A DNA stretch of 64,000 nt, taken from contig MU058034.1 of assembly GCA_013265495.1 (NCBI GenBank), positions 1 to 64,000 on the forward strand. Direction: 5' to 3'. The stretch comes from Vicugna vicugna (lineage: Eukaryota). The stretch's first letter is position 1, and each line of letters begins with the position of its first letter. A program made the translations under genes and the position numbers. Of this stretch, positions 51,405 through 64,000 are shown piece after piece. The notes beneath the pieces are model-generated. The model was not told the origin of the DNA. It ran no database searches and worked only from the letters and a program-made list of their open reading frames with translations.

Positions 51405-51710
51405 AAGAGTACAGAGTTCCAGTTATGCGAGATGAATAAATTCTGAGGCTCTAATGTATAGCAATGTGACTACAGTTAACAATATTGTATTGTTATACTT
51501 GAAATTTGCTAAGAAGGTTGACAGTGTTTTCACCACAGGGAAAAAGAAAAAAAGGAAAAATGGTAACTATGTGAGGTGATGGATATGTTGATTAGTTTAA
51601 TTGTGGGGATGACTTTATAACATGTATGTATATCAAAACTTCAGGTTGTATACCTTAAATATACACAATTTGTATTTGTCAATTGTATCTTAATAAAGTT
51701 GGGAGAGAAG
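51405..51710 (+). mobile_element. L1MA9-like 3' end
   Basis: atacttgaaatttgctaaga...aatggtaactatgtgaggtgatggatatgtt...taccttaaatatacacaattt...aataaag. Confidence 0.85.
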
Positions 51711-52314
51711 TAAAATTTAAACAACTACTTAAAAATTAGTCCAAAATTCTTTGCCGAGCTCGGGTATATCTTAAAAGGAAGTGAAAGGTAGAGAACAGAA
51801 TGTTTGCTACTTTAGTCTTTTTTCCCTTTTTTTTTTTTTTGCCAACTCTGCCCAACAGCCCATTTGCACACTCCTTATCTGCTTTGAAATTCCAACTGCT
51901 GCTGTCATGTTTGGGGGCACTTTTGTTACTTCCTGTCACGCTGAAGTGTTTAAAGACCCTGTAACTAACTCACTAGATGAGTTGGAAAGCCCTGGTTACA
52001 GAGGTCTGGCCTTTTGCTCTCGTGTGGGTGTATTATCTCACCACACTGCCTCTTTCTGGTCTCCAAGACCTTGCCATACCAGTGAGCAGAGTTCAAACCA
52101 TGGAAAGAGAAACACTGTTGCATGTTCCCTAGTACATGGGTTTACATCCCAAAACCTACATTCCTTTCTGTACCAAAAGCAGATTCCTACTTTTCCTTAT
52201 GAAACATCAGTTCTGTTTTAAATTCAACCATGACTTTTACAGGCATCTGTATCTTTTAAAAAAGCTCCTTGGACTCATATATGCCCAGCCATGCTTGAGA
52301 CCCACACTGGAAAA

Positions 52315-52410
52315 AATCCATTTCGTCAGAGCAGGGAACATAGTATTTTGTCTGCATTTCCAGATTCAAAAACACTGTCCTGCATGTAGTTACTTCAGCA
52401 AATGAATCCG
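52315..52410 (+). mobile_element. L2 3' end fragment
   Basis: agagcagggaacatagtattttgt...aacactgtcctgcatgtagttacttcagcaaatgaat. Confidence 0.45.
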
Positions 52411-55184
52411 TACTTCAGTGCCACAGGCCCTTATTTTATTTAAATATAGACAGAATTGTGAAGGTAGACTTTAAAAGGTTTCCTTATACTTTTAGATGAA
52501 ATATATATCTATAGTACAGGACATTTTTTCTTCTTTCAACTGTTAAAAGGAAGGAAATAATTCAATTTGTTTAGAGCTTAACAAAAGAACTAAATTATTA
52601 TAACCGACACTGTCATAGCATGTGGTGTGATTACTGATTGGCAAATTACTGTATCAAGTTATGCATATGTAAGAAGATTAACATTACTTCTCCACAACTG
52701 CTTAGACACGTTGTAAGGAGCAGACATACTGGTTTCTGTTGGGGCCCCTGAAATACTCATTTGTGTCGTAGGACTGCACTTGAACTAAACCTCTGGAACA
52801 AGACAGACTGCTAGAATTCAATACACTTGGAGAGCTCCTTCATGCCAGTGGGGCAATGGATTTCGCTGAAGCACATCTTTATCTAGTTCCAGTTACGCCA
52901 TAAAAGACAAATATAAACATGGAGACTTTTTAAATATGAATAACGTGGACCCTGGAAAAGAGAAGTTTGAGTCACTGAGTAGAGTGGCTCTCTAGAGCCA
53001 TCCTGGATACCAAGAACGGGAAGAGTCTACAGACATCAGATGAGGGTGTAATCAGGCAGAAAACAGGTGAATTACTGAGAATCTCCCTCATCTTCATGAA
53101 CATGTATAGAATTTTTAAGTTCAGAAATTTCATTTTTTTTTAAGAAGTAGGTTTCTCTCTATATATTTTTCTCCTTGATTTTTTCAGACTTTTCAATACA
53201 ATGGCAATTAAGCCCAGATAGCCAAACCTGGAAGAGGTTTTAGAGAGGTGCTCCTCAGTCCACCACAGGGTATTTGAGTCTGAGCCATGTGGAGTTTACT
53301 TTAACCTCAATGCCCACTTAGGTGCCTGACACCTTTCAGGTGCTCACTCCTTTTTTTAGCTGCACTAAACTGGATTCATATCCATTACCTCTCACCACCC
53401 ACAGTCATCATCCCAAGCCCTGTTTTAGACTTAAAGGAAGTGAATCCTATGACGACAGTGGTATTTCTCAAGGTCACAAAGGCAAAGACAGAGCCATTTA
53501 TAAAAACAACCAAATGATTCTTATTTTTGTTCCAAATCTGTATCAATGTATCACTGGCTTTTCTGACCTCTATAATGCGAGTTTCTGATTATAGATCTAT
53601 TGATTTCATGTGATCTAAAAGGTCAATTGTAACGGAAGAGGACATGAACAGCCAGTGCCTGGGGTTTTGCTAAGAAGTGACATTTTGATTATAGAATTAT
53701 CTGGTTTCTTCCCCAAAGAGATCTGTAACACTTAAGATGACTCTTTACTCTCAGCCTTTTCTAAAAATCTATCATCATACTCCTTATTACTTTTATCTCT
53801 TGACTAACTTGCTTATTCTAAGAGCTTCCCAAGTTTACCTTCTACGTTACTTTTGTTCCCTTCTTTTAGGCTTCAAATCGACTTACTAATACTTCCAATG
53901 CTGCTTTTGAAATTCTGGTTCCTTGAAGGCCCTAATTGTATTCCTTCTTGATATCATTCTACAGTCTTTTTAATCTTCATTTTATTCTTTACAGTTTAAT
54001 GCTATGTTTACATACAAAAGAAACTCATATTTCCTTTTAAGTTACGAATCTTATTTTTTAAATTTTTTCTCTAAGTGATGTTTGGTAAGTTTTCTTCATA
54101 AACATTGTTTCCCTGTTTACCTTTGGGGGAAGTAGTCTATCCACACTCAGTATTTATGCTTCTTGACTTTGCTGGGTCTTCCTTGATCCACACATACACC
54201 ACAGGTGAGGCTGGGATTACTTCTCAGCTTCTAAGAAGATTCCAGCTTAGAGACATCCTATGAGAACTGATGTAATATTTTTTCCCATCTCTTCAATGCT
54301 TGCCTCTCTGACACTTTAAACAGTACTAATGGGAAAAAAAATCACATTCTATTCCCAAATGAATCCATGGGGAGGAGAGAGCTGGAAAGTAAGCAAGGCT
54401 TGCGGGATACTTAAGTAGCACCTAAGCAACAGACAGGTGGCTGGCCTAACTACCTGGTTAATAGCATCACTTAAATTTTAGATCCAAGGGACAGACAGTG
54501 GTAGCAAATTCAGACCCTTGTGTGTTTTAACCTGTTTTTTTGACAACATAGCCTGGTGTTCCAAATATTGTAGTTTTTAATCCAACTCCAGTGGCATTAT
54601 AGGTGATGGAAATTCTTCTCAGGTTCTTAGAGGCTGACAGGTCTACTTTTCAGTACAGGATGAATATCTACTAACTACAACTCTATTTGTTGCCATGTAC
54701 AATTTGTCAGAGTTTTGGCAGAACATGTGGAAAGTACTGCTAACAAGGTACCATTTAATATTAATAAACTTATGACTATTTTTTTAGTTAAGTTCTCAAT
54801 GCCATTTTTTTCTGCTTTGACTGATTTTTAAAGTTGTTCACATCACCAAAATATTTATTATAATTTAAAGGGAATTTAGGATCATTAAATCACTGAAACT
54901 GTGACGAGGTGCAGTATCAAAGCAGACGTTTTCACCACAGAGCAATTACAATTATTAATTAATAACAAGCACTAATGAGCTTCTACATGTTTTGTGAGAT
55001 ATACACATGATATCTCTGTTCTGACATCATGATAAAATAAAAAATTTATACAATAACTAATAAAAACAGCTTTAATATTTAGGAAAACATGTTTATATTT
55101 GACATGTTTTAAAAGAAAAAAAATCAATTATAGGTCTTGGATTGGATTTTAAGATTTCTAACTGACAACAATTTAGAAATTAAA

Positions 55185-55335
55185 GAAAACTTGCCCTAAC
55201 TCTACCTCCAAGTGGTACGTAAATTTGGGAAAGTTACTTAATCTCTGGGATATCACGTAGTCATCAATGAATAACACACCATTTTTTATCCCTCATAGTA
55301 AATTAAGGCCTGTGGTAATTATTGAAGATTTCCCT
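55185..55335 (+). mobile_element. MIR fragment
   Basis: ttgggaaagttacttaatctctgg core. Confidence 0.55.
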
Positions 55336-56639
55336 GAACTCCTTACAGCATTGGTTTTCCTTCTGCTTTTGTCATGAGACTATGTTCTAACAAAAACACA
55401 GATGAAAGGAGAAAAGGAGAGAGAGAGAGAAAGAAAGGATAACTCCTCTGAATAAAGTTTAAATCAGGGACAGGAGGTCTAGAGTGTGCCGAATTTCTCT
55501 TCTTTATTACTGGCAGATTCTGGAGGCCTTTGTGAAATCTTGAGGGCTTCAAGGAGCTCAGGAGGGAAACCACAATACAGAGTGGTGTTTTGAGATCAAA
55601 GGATGTATTTGAACACTTGTAGTGATATGCAAAGCCTACAAATATAATGTTCAATATTACTTTGTTTTTCAAGTAATTCATTTCATTGTAATGTATCCAT
55701 CATTTTTTCTAATTCAGCATTTCTTTTAAACATTTGAATTATCATATATCATATTTATTCTTAATTATCTTTTTTTGGAATGTTGAATTGAATTTGATCA
55801 AGGAGAAGAAATATTAATTTTTTAATGTAATTATCTTAAGGTTAAAGTGTAACAATTCCAGTCTTTTAATGGTCAAGTGGATATGTGGGTAAGACTTAAC
55901 ACAATATGGTGTTTTTACTAAGGGTTTGGGTGTTGTTATGCATTGTACAGATATGTGATGGTGCAAAGGTTGTTTCTCTTTTTAAACTGAAGTATTCAAT
56001 TATTTTCTTTGCATAAAATTTGACACCATTACGGAAATTTATATGATACTTACAAATTTATATGGTAATATTACTGTGTAGTAAGTTTATATGTCATGGT
56101 ATCTGTGATTACTAACTGGTCAAATATATGCTTTTATTTGTTTCACTTGCTGGTGAAAATGGACTATTTTCAATAATTATAGCAGTTACTCTGAATAGGC
56201 ATGGGATCTGCATATATGAACAGAAAGCTGTTTGAGCTTTCATTGAAATGGTTTCATAATAGTTGACTGCATACCACAGGGCAATTTTTTCCTAAAATAA
56301 CTGGAAATTTGTATTTTAATATATTTGTAACTAATAGAAAATGATCAGACTACTACCCAGGCAGTGGGATTTATCTGTAACCTTGTTAGACTAAAAGTAT
56401 AATCAAATAAATAAATGACAAACATTGGATGAAAACAGAATGTTCTCAAAAATATTTAAGAAATCAAAATCATTTTATAAACTGATCTATATTCTCACAA
56501 TTAAGCAGAAAATTGAAGTCTGAATTCTTATGAACAACAACAGAAAAACCCATTTGCCTCAAGTATAGTCTCATAGTTTTCCTTTGAGTCTTTAAAAATT
56601 TTACATGAATAATTGGCTTCATTTTCCTCTGTAGTTTTG

Positions 56640-56980
56640 ATAAGTTAAATATACATGTATTGAGTGCCTGCACTATATCACACCTATGTCTGGTGTTGGA
56701 AATACAAAGACGAATGAGGGATTCTCTCTTAATTCAAGGGTGAGACAGAGATATAGGCAAATAATTACAGTGAAATATTTGGATATCATGTAATGTTAGA
56801 AATATGTTCAAGATAAAAATCAGCAGCAGATTGACTCTGTGGTGGAGCCTTTACGAAAGAAATGAGAGAAATAGGTTTCCAAGAATGAATAGAAGTTGCT
56901 AAATGAATAAAAATGGGTCAGGGAGCATTACTGGCTGAGAGAATAATGGTGTCTTTACACATAGAGATGCAGCTGGAATG
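56640..56980 (-). mobile_element. L2 3' fragment
   Basis: catgtattgagtgcctgcactatatca...tggaaatacaaagacgaatgag...aaataattacagtg. Confidence 0.65.
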
Positions 56981-57924
56981 CTTTTCTACTCAATGTTTGT
57001 GGAATTTGTTTTTCTCTTCTATTGTTCAGTCGATCAGCTGATCATTATATGTAGGCAAAAAATACTTTCTGTCAGTGGTGGTCTTTGTAAATCTATCTGT
57101 AATACATACAAAGATATTCAGAGAAGAAAATGCTTCAGAGATCAGAGTTTTCAGACCTGACTAGGCTAAAACTTGAGTTCCAAAGACCTATTTCTGGAGC
57201 TACAGAAGGAACGAACAACTCTATGAACAGCTTCTCTGATTCTCTGCTTTAACCAGAACAGTTTCACTTTAGACTGGTTTTAATACTGAATTTCTCATCT
57301 GGGGAAAAAAACAAAACAAACAGTATTCTGTCACAAAAAGAAAACGTACAAACAAGACGTACAAGAAAATGTACATTTAACTGAAATCCCTTATCTCAGA
57401 CTTAGCCTTGTGGTCATTTTTTCTTATTTAATCTATTTTAGATGGCAGCATAATTCAGACCTTATTTATAGACTTGGAAATACTCAGCCCTTGAAATATG
57501 TATTTACTTACTTGCAGGTCACTCATTTTTTGCCCTCTGAAAATTTTAGAAAACATTAGGGAAAAAGACACAGGAACTGATCATATTGGGATGGAGTTAG
57601 TTCATGAAAAATTGAAAGCCTGATGTCAAAACAGTAGTATATGACAATTTGCAAAGAAAGAGAAAATATTTAAGGGCATGAAGACAGAGGAATCAACACA
57701 GAGCGTAAGTTGCATAGTGTCAAAGACGGGTGTGTGGTCCCAACTCGGCTCCTTGTAAATAAAATAAACAAAAGAAAGTTAACGTTTAATTCCTGCATCA
57801 TGTGATTTGTAAAATGAGAAGGTATATTCAAACAAGAAGATACATTTAAACAGCCAGTGTGTGTCCTGGAGCCCTTCATCGGTTCGTATCACATGACAGA
57901 AACCTATGCTCAGAAAACGTAACA

Positions 57925-58088
57925 TAAACCAGACATTTGATTGCATCAGAATCATCTGGAGGCCTTCTTAAAACACAAATTACTGGGCCTCATTCCCAGA
58001 GTGTCTGATTCAGTAGGTCTATGTTAGGCCTGAGAATCTGCATTTCTCACAAGTGCTAGGTGACACTCCCACACTTAGAGAACCTCTA
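57925..58088. mobile_element. MER5A (hAT-Charlie MITE)
   Basis: tgcatcagaatcatctggagg...ttaaaacacaaattactgggcc...tctgattcagtaggtct...gagaatctgcatttct...cacacttagagaacc. Confidence 0.85.
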
Positions 58089-58589
58089 AGGTAAACAAAT
58101 CATATGAGCTTGACTTCCTGAAATTCTGCCTTCTTCAAAGAAGGAAACAAAATAATGACCATACTTCTGCCTGAAGAGTGGCAGAGGTCTTTTTTTATTT
58201 AACATATTGAATTAACTTCGTTTTGGAAATTAAAAGTTTAAAAAGTTGGCCCAAATGACTATGGCAATACCTATCACTTCTATTTTAATGTTTTGGTTCA
58301 CACAGCCCCTTTCTATTAATATTTTCCACAAAAATGTGACCTTTTTGATCAAGATCTAAGTTTAATTTGTTCTAAATTTTTTGCTTTTGGAATATATGTA
58401 CCATGTGCATTTGAAATTTTACATTTAGATTCTCAAGATGAACTCTTTACACCCCTTAAATATTTTTCCTGTAATTTGAGTACCTTGCAACCAGATGGCA
58501 GAGGTGATCTCTTAAATAGATATATGAGAATGTTTGCAAACTCCTCTTTTTAAACACAGCTAAGACTTTTCATTAAAATACATGAACCT

Positions 58590-61500
58590 GGGGGCTTCTG
58601 TTCCAGTTGGTGGAGTAGCAGGACCATGAGCTCATCTTTCCTCATGACTACAACAAAACCACAACTGGCTACTAAACAACTATTGAAAAGAAATAAAAAG
58701 ACTGGAACCTAGCAAAAAAAAGAAAAAAAAAACCATGTCTTCAACTGGAAACACATAGAGAGAACCTCAGCAGGATGGTAGGAGGGGTGTGCTTGTGACA
58801 TAATCAGACCCCACAGCCCCTGGGGTGGGTGACCCACAAGCTAAAGAATAAGTCACAGAAGCCCTCCCACATGAGTGAGAGCTCTGAGCCGCAAGACAGG
58901 CTCCTGGCCCAGGGTTCTGGCATTGGGAGGGGACCCCAGGACATCTGGTTTTGAAGGCCAGCAGGGCTTAACTCCAGGAGCACCATGGGATGGGGGAAAA
59001 CAGAGACTTCACTCTCTTGGGAAGCACACACAGCATTTCACACACACCAAGTCAAATGGCAAAGGTATGACTTCATAGGAACCTGGGCCAGATCTGCCTG
59101 CTGGTTATGGAAGGTTTCTTGATGAGATAGGAGGCAGCTCTGTCTCGCCCTGGGACATAAAAGCTGGTGGCAGAGATTCTAGTAGTGTTCATCTACATGA
59201 GCTTTCCTGGAGGCTTAAATCTTGATTGGATTATTAGCACTGAGACCTAGCCCCACCAAACATCCTGTAGGCTTAAGTGCTGGGAAGCCTCAGGCCAAAC
59301 AACATACTGGGTGAGAACACAGCCCCACCCATCAGCAGACTCCCTAACCCACAAAGGCCTCTAGACATTTCCCTACCCACCAGAGGTCCAGGACCAAGCT
59401 TCACCCAGCAGCGGGCTGGCACTGACTCCTCCTGCCAGGAAGCCTGCATAAGCCTCTAGTCCAGCCTCATCCACAAGGGGACAGATACCAGAAATAAGAA
59501 AACAACAATCCCAAAGCCTGTGGAAAGAATCTGCAAATGCAGGCCAGGCTCTGAGACTAGCTGGACCCTGGCCCTTGGGTGACAAAACAAAAGTGTACTG
59601 CGGGGATACAACAGATGTCTCCCACAGAGCCACTTCACCAAAGTTGAGAAACATATAACTCATCTATCTAAAAATACAAATAGAAAGTTAGACAATATGA
59701 GGCAGCAGAGGAATATGCTCCAGGCCAAGGCACAAGATGAAATCCCAGAAGAAATAAGTGATGAGATATGCAATCAGTCCTAGAAAGAGTTTAGAGTAAT
59801 TATGGCAAAGATGTTCAGTAATAGATACACAGAGTGAAGTTTTTAGCAAAGAATTTGAAATATAAAGTATATCCAAATAGAGTTTAAGAATACAACCACT
59901 GAAATGAATAACAGATGAGAAGGAACCAAGGATAGACTAAATGAGGCAGAAGAACAGATCAGGTAGCTGGAAGACAGATAGTGGAAATCATTACTGCAGA
60001 ACAGAAAAAAGAATGAAAGTAAATGAGGATAGTTTAAGAGAACTCTGGGACAACATGAAGCACACTAATATTCACCTTACAGGGTCCCAGAAAGAGAATA
60101 GAAAGAGAAAGGACCTGAGAAAATATTTAAAGAGATAATAGCTGAAAACTTCGCTAACTTGGGAAAGGAAACAGTTATCCAAGTCCAGGAAGTGCAGAGA
60201 CTTCCAACAGGATTAACCCAAAGAGCAACACACAGGGGCACATAGTAATCAAATTGACAAAAATTAAAGATAAGGATTAAATACAAAATCAGCAAGAGAT
60301 AAGCAACAAATAACATACCAGTAAACTCCCATAAGGTTATCAGCTGATTTTTCAGCAGATACTCCATAGGGCAGAAGGGAGCAGCATTATGTATTTAAAG
60401 TGATGAAAGGGGAAAAAACTTAGGACCAAGAATTCTCTATCCAGCAAGGCTTTGGTTCCAATTTGATGGAGAAGTTAAAAGCTTCACAGATCAAGAAAAG
60501 CTAAAAGAATTCTGCAAAACCAAACCAGCTTTACAACAAATGTTAAAGAAACTTCAATAGTCACCAGACCACAAGAAAAGAGAACAAAAAGAAGCAGCAG
60601 GAAAAAAAAGATCTACAGACAATCTCAAAACAATTACCAAAGTGGCAATAAGAACATATGTATCCATAATTACCTTAAATACAGATGGATTAAACACTCC
60701 AATCAAAAAACATAGACTGGGAAATGTATACAAAAACAAGACCCATCTATATGCTGTCTAAAAAAGACCCACTTTAGAGTTAGAGACACATGAGGGGATG
60801 GAAAACAAGATATTCCAGGTGACTGGAAACCTGGAGTAGCATAACTAGTATTAGACAAAATAGATTTTAAAATTAACACTGTTATAGGAGACAAAGAAGG
60901 ACACTATGTAATGCTCAAGGGATCAATCCAAGAAGAAGGTATAACAATTGGAAATACATATGCACCCAACATAGGAGCACCTTGATATATTAGGTAATTA
61001 TTAACAGACATAAAAGGAAAAATTGACTATAACACAGTAATAGTGGGGGACCATAATACCCCATTTACATCAATGGACAGATCATCCAGACAGAAAATCA
61101 ATAAGGAAATACAGGCCCTAAATAACACATTAGACCAGACGGACTTAATTGATATCTATAGAGCATTCCATCCAAAAGCAACAGAATACATAGTCTTCTC
61201 AAGTGCACATGGAACATTCTCTGGAATTGACCACATGTTGGCTCACACAGCTAGCCTCAGGAAATTTAAGAAAATTGAAATCATACTAAGCATCTTTTCT
61301 GACCACACCACTATGAGGTTAGAAATCAACAAGAAAAAAAAAAACTGCAAACACGTGGAGGCCAAACAATATGCTATTAAACAACCAATAGATCACTGAA
61401 GAAATCAAACAGGAAATAAAAAAAAATACTTTGAGACAAATGAAAATGAAAACAACAATCCAAAACCTCTGGGACACAGCAAAAGCAGTTCTAAGAAGGA

Positions 61501-63960
61501 AGTATACAGTGACACAAGCCTACCTTAGGAAATAAGAAAAATCTCAGATAAAACAACCTAACCTTACACCTAAAGCAGTTAGAGAAAGAGCAAACACGAA
61601 GTTAGTAGGAGAAAAGAAATCATAAAGATCAAAGCAGAAATAAATGAAACAGACTAAAAAAAAAAGTAGAAAAGATCAATGAAACTAAAAGCTGGTTCTT
61701 TGAAAAGATAAACAATATTGATAAGCCTTTAGTCAGAATCATCAAAAAAAAAAAAAAGGGAGAGGGCCCAAATTAATAAAATCAGAAATCTAAAAGGAGA
61801 AGTCACAACCAACACTACAGAAATACAAAGGATCATAAGAGGCTACTATGAGAAACTATATGCCAACAAAAAGGACAACCTAGAAGAAATGGACAATTCC
61901 TAAGAAAGGTACAGTTTGCCAAGACAGAATCAGGAAGAAATACAAAGTATGAATAGGCCAATAACCAGTACTGAAACTGAATCAGTAATTAATAAACTCT
62001 CAACAGACAAAAGTCTAGGACCAGAAGGCTTCACAAGTGAATTCTACCAAACATTTAGAGAAAAGTTAAGACTTATCCTTCTGAAACTATTCCAAAAAAT
62101 TGCAGAAAAAGGAAAACTTTAGAACTCATTCTATGAGGCCAACATCACCCTGATACTGAGACAAGATAAAGTTATCACAAAAATGGAAAATTACAGATGA
62201 ATATCACTTATTAATACAGGTGCAAAATCCTCAGAAAATATTAAGAAATCAACTCCAACAATGCATTAAAAGGATCATACTCCACGAGCAAGTGGGATTT
62301 ATCATAGGATGCAAGGATTTTTCAGTATCCTCAAATCAAGGTGATACATAACATTAGCAAATTGAAGGATAAAAACCATATGATCATCTCAATAGATACA
62401 GAAAAAGCTTTTGATAAAATTCAATATTGATATAGGACCAAAAAAAAACTCTCCAGAAAGTGGGCATAGACGGAATATACCTCAACATAATAAAGGCTAT
62501 ATATGACAAACCCACAGCTAACATCATACACAATGGCGAAAAGCTAAAAGCATTCCTTCTAAGATCAGGAACAAGACAAGGATGCCCACTCTCACCACTT
62601 TTATTCAACATAATTTTGGAAGTCCTAGCCATAGCAGTCAGAGAAGAAAAAAAAATAAAGGGAATCCAAATCAGAAAAGAAGTAAAACTGTCACTGTTCA
62701 TTGATGATGTGATACTATACATAGAAAACCCTAAGGAAGTGACCAGAAAACTACTAGAGCACATCAATGACTTTGGTAAAGTTGCAAAATACAAAATTAA
62801 TTTACAGAAATCAGTTCCATTAACATTACATTAACAACAAAATAGCAGAAAAAGAAATTAAGGAAACAATCCCATTTACCATCACACCAAAAAGAATAAA
62901 ATGCCTAGGAATTAACCTTCCTAAGGAGGCAAGGACCTGTACTCTGATAACTGTAAGATAATGATTAAAGGAACTGAAGGTGACATACACAGATGGAAAG
63001 ATACTGTGTTCTTGGAATGGAAGAGTCAATATTGTTAAAATGGCCATACTACACAAGGCAATATACAGATGCAATGCAATCCTTATCAAATTACCAATAA
63101 CATTTTTCACAGAGCTCCAACAAAAAATGTTAAAATTTGTATGGAAACACAAAAGATCCATAGCCAAAACAGTCTTGAAAAAGGAGAATGGAGCTGAGGG
63201 AATCATGCTCCCTGACTTCAGACTATACTACAGAGAAACAGTAATCAAAAGAGTGCAGTACTGGCACAAAAACACACACACAGATCAATGGAACAGGATA
63301 CAAAGTCCAGAAATAAACCCACACACTTATGGTCAATTAATCTACAACAAAGGAGGCAAGATTATAAGAATCTTTTAAACAAGTGGTGCTGGGAAAACTG
63401 GACAGCTACCTATAGAAGACTGAAATTAGAACATTTCTCTAACACCATAACCAAAAATAAACCCAAAGTGGATTAAAGACCTAAATGTAAGACCAGATAC
63501 TATAAAACTCCTAGAAGAAAACAGGCAGACACTCATGGACATAAATCACAGCAATATTTTTTTTTCAAATCAGCTCTTAGAGTAATGAAAATAAAAACAA
63601 AAGTTAAAGTATGGGATCTAATTAAATTTAAAAGATTTTACACAGCTAAGGATACCATCAATAAAACGAAAAGACAACTTACAGAGTGGGAGAAAATATT
63701 TCCAAATGATGTGACTGACAAGGGACTAACTTCCACAATATACAAACAGCTCATATACCTTAATATTAAAAAACAAGTGGCCCAATCAAAAAATGGGTAG
63801 AAGATCTAAATAGACATTTCTCCAAAGAAGATAATCCAGATATCCAACAAGTACATGAAAAGATGCTCAACATCACTAAATTGTTAGAGAAATGCAAATC
63901 AAAACTACAATGAGGTATCACCTCACACCAATCAGAATAGCCATTATTAAAAAGTCTACA
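58590..63960 (+). mobile_element. L1 with an intact 5' end ('family A'), inactive: 5' UTR about 58590-59696, ORF1 about 59697-60555, ORF2 from about 60642, interrupted at 63961
   Basis: GC-richer 5' UTR starting gggggcttctgttccagttggtggagtag after a TT|AAAA site. ORF1 fragment EDSLRELWDNMKHTNIH, EN fragment GDHNTPFTSMDRSSRQKINKE, RT fragment [21 protein letters not shown]...SLFIDD. Many stops. Confidence 0.95.
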
Positions 63961-64000
63961 AGCAACCCAATCCAAAAATGGGCAGAAGACCTAAACAAGC
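63961..64000 (+). mobile_element. Start of a second, 5'-truncated L1 (family B-like) nested in the preceding L1
   Basis: The sequence jumps back about 180 nt in L1 coordinates. caacccaatccaaaaatgggcagaagacctaaacaagc matches about 48699-48736 better than the host's own about 63780-63815. Confidence 0.7.

Larger units (their letters stand above)
27175..64000 (+). other. DPP10: DPP10 intron, 5' portion; continues beyond the window
   Basis: Begins GTATGT. The next DPP10 exon was not found in the window. Confidence 0.85.

Noticed and set aside
51781..52221. 146-aa + strand ORF
   Set aside because: Non-ATG start, runs through a poly-T tract, and has no recognisable domain or exon structure.
57145..57300. 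Possible Charlie4z-like MITE
   Set aside because: Only a short, weak resemblance (tttaaccagaacagtttcacttt) and no clear terminal repeats.
27175..64000. A further DPP10 exon (expected to begin about DTDVVYKSENGHV)
   Set aside because: No matching coding sequence with splice sites was found by eye; it probably lies beyond the window. A TBLASTN would settle this.

Overview
AT-rich mammalian genomic DNA from inside the DPP10 gene (inactive dipeptidyl peptidase-like protein 10, a Kv4 potassium-channel auxiliary subunit) on the + strand. Two coding exons are present: a 115-bp transmembrane-anchor exon (2979-3093) and a 96-bp exon (27079-27174), both GT-AG and in frame with each other. Everything else is intron, densely filled with decayed transposable elements: L1s of several ages, two tRNA-derived SINEs of the type I recognise from camelids, a solo ERV1-type LTR, Charlie/MER5 DNA transposons, MIR and L2. 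No listed ORF corresponds to a real host gene. I see no evidence of a new gene system, CRISPR array or prokaryotic content. The most interesting signals are mutational and retrotranspositional footprints. These are a 35-bp templated insertion apparently copied from 1.27 kb upstream followed by an 8-bp stutter, a small L1-primed polyadenylated retroposed unit with a non-standard 3' segment, a direct-plus-inverted template-switch duplication, a three-layer nested LTR/L1/L1 insertion, a 3'-truncated L1 with an intact TSD, and a cluster of large sense-oriented L1s in one intron. Repeat subfamily names and the boundaries of old repeats come from visual recognition and are approximate.
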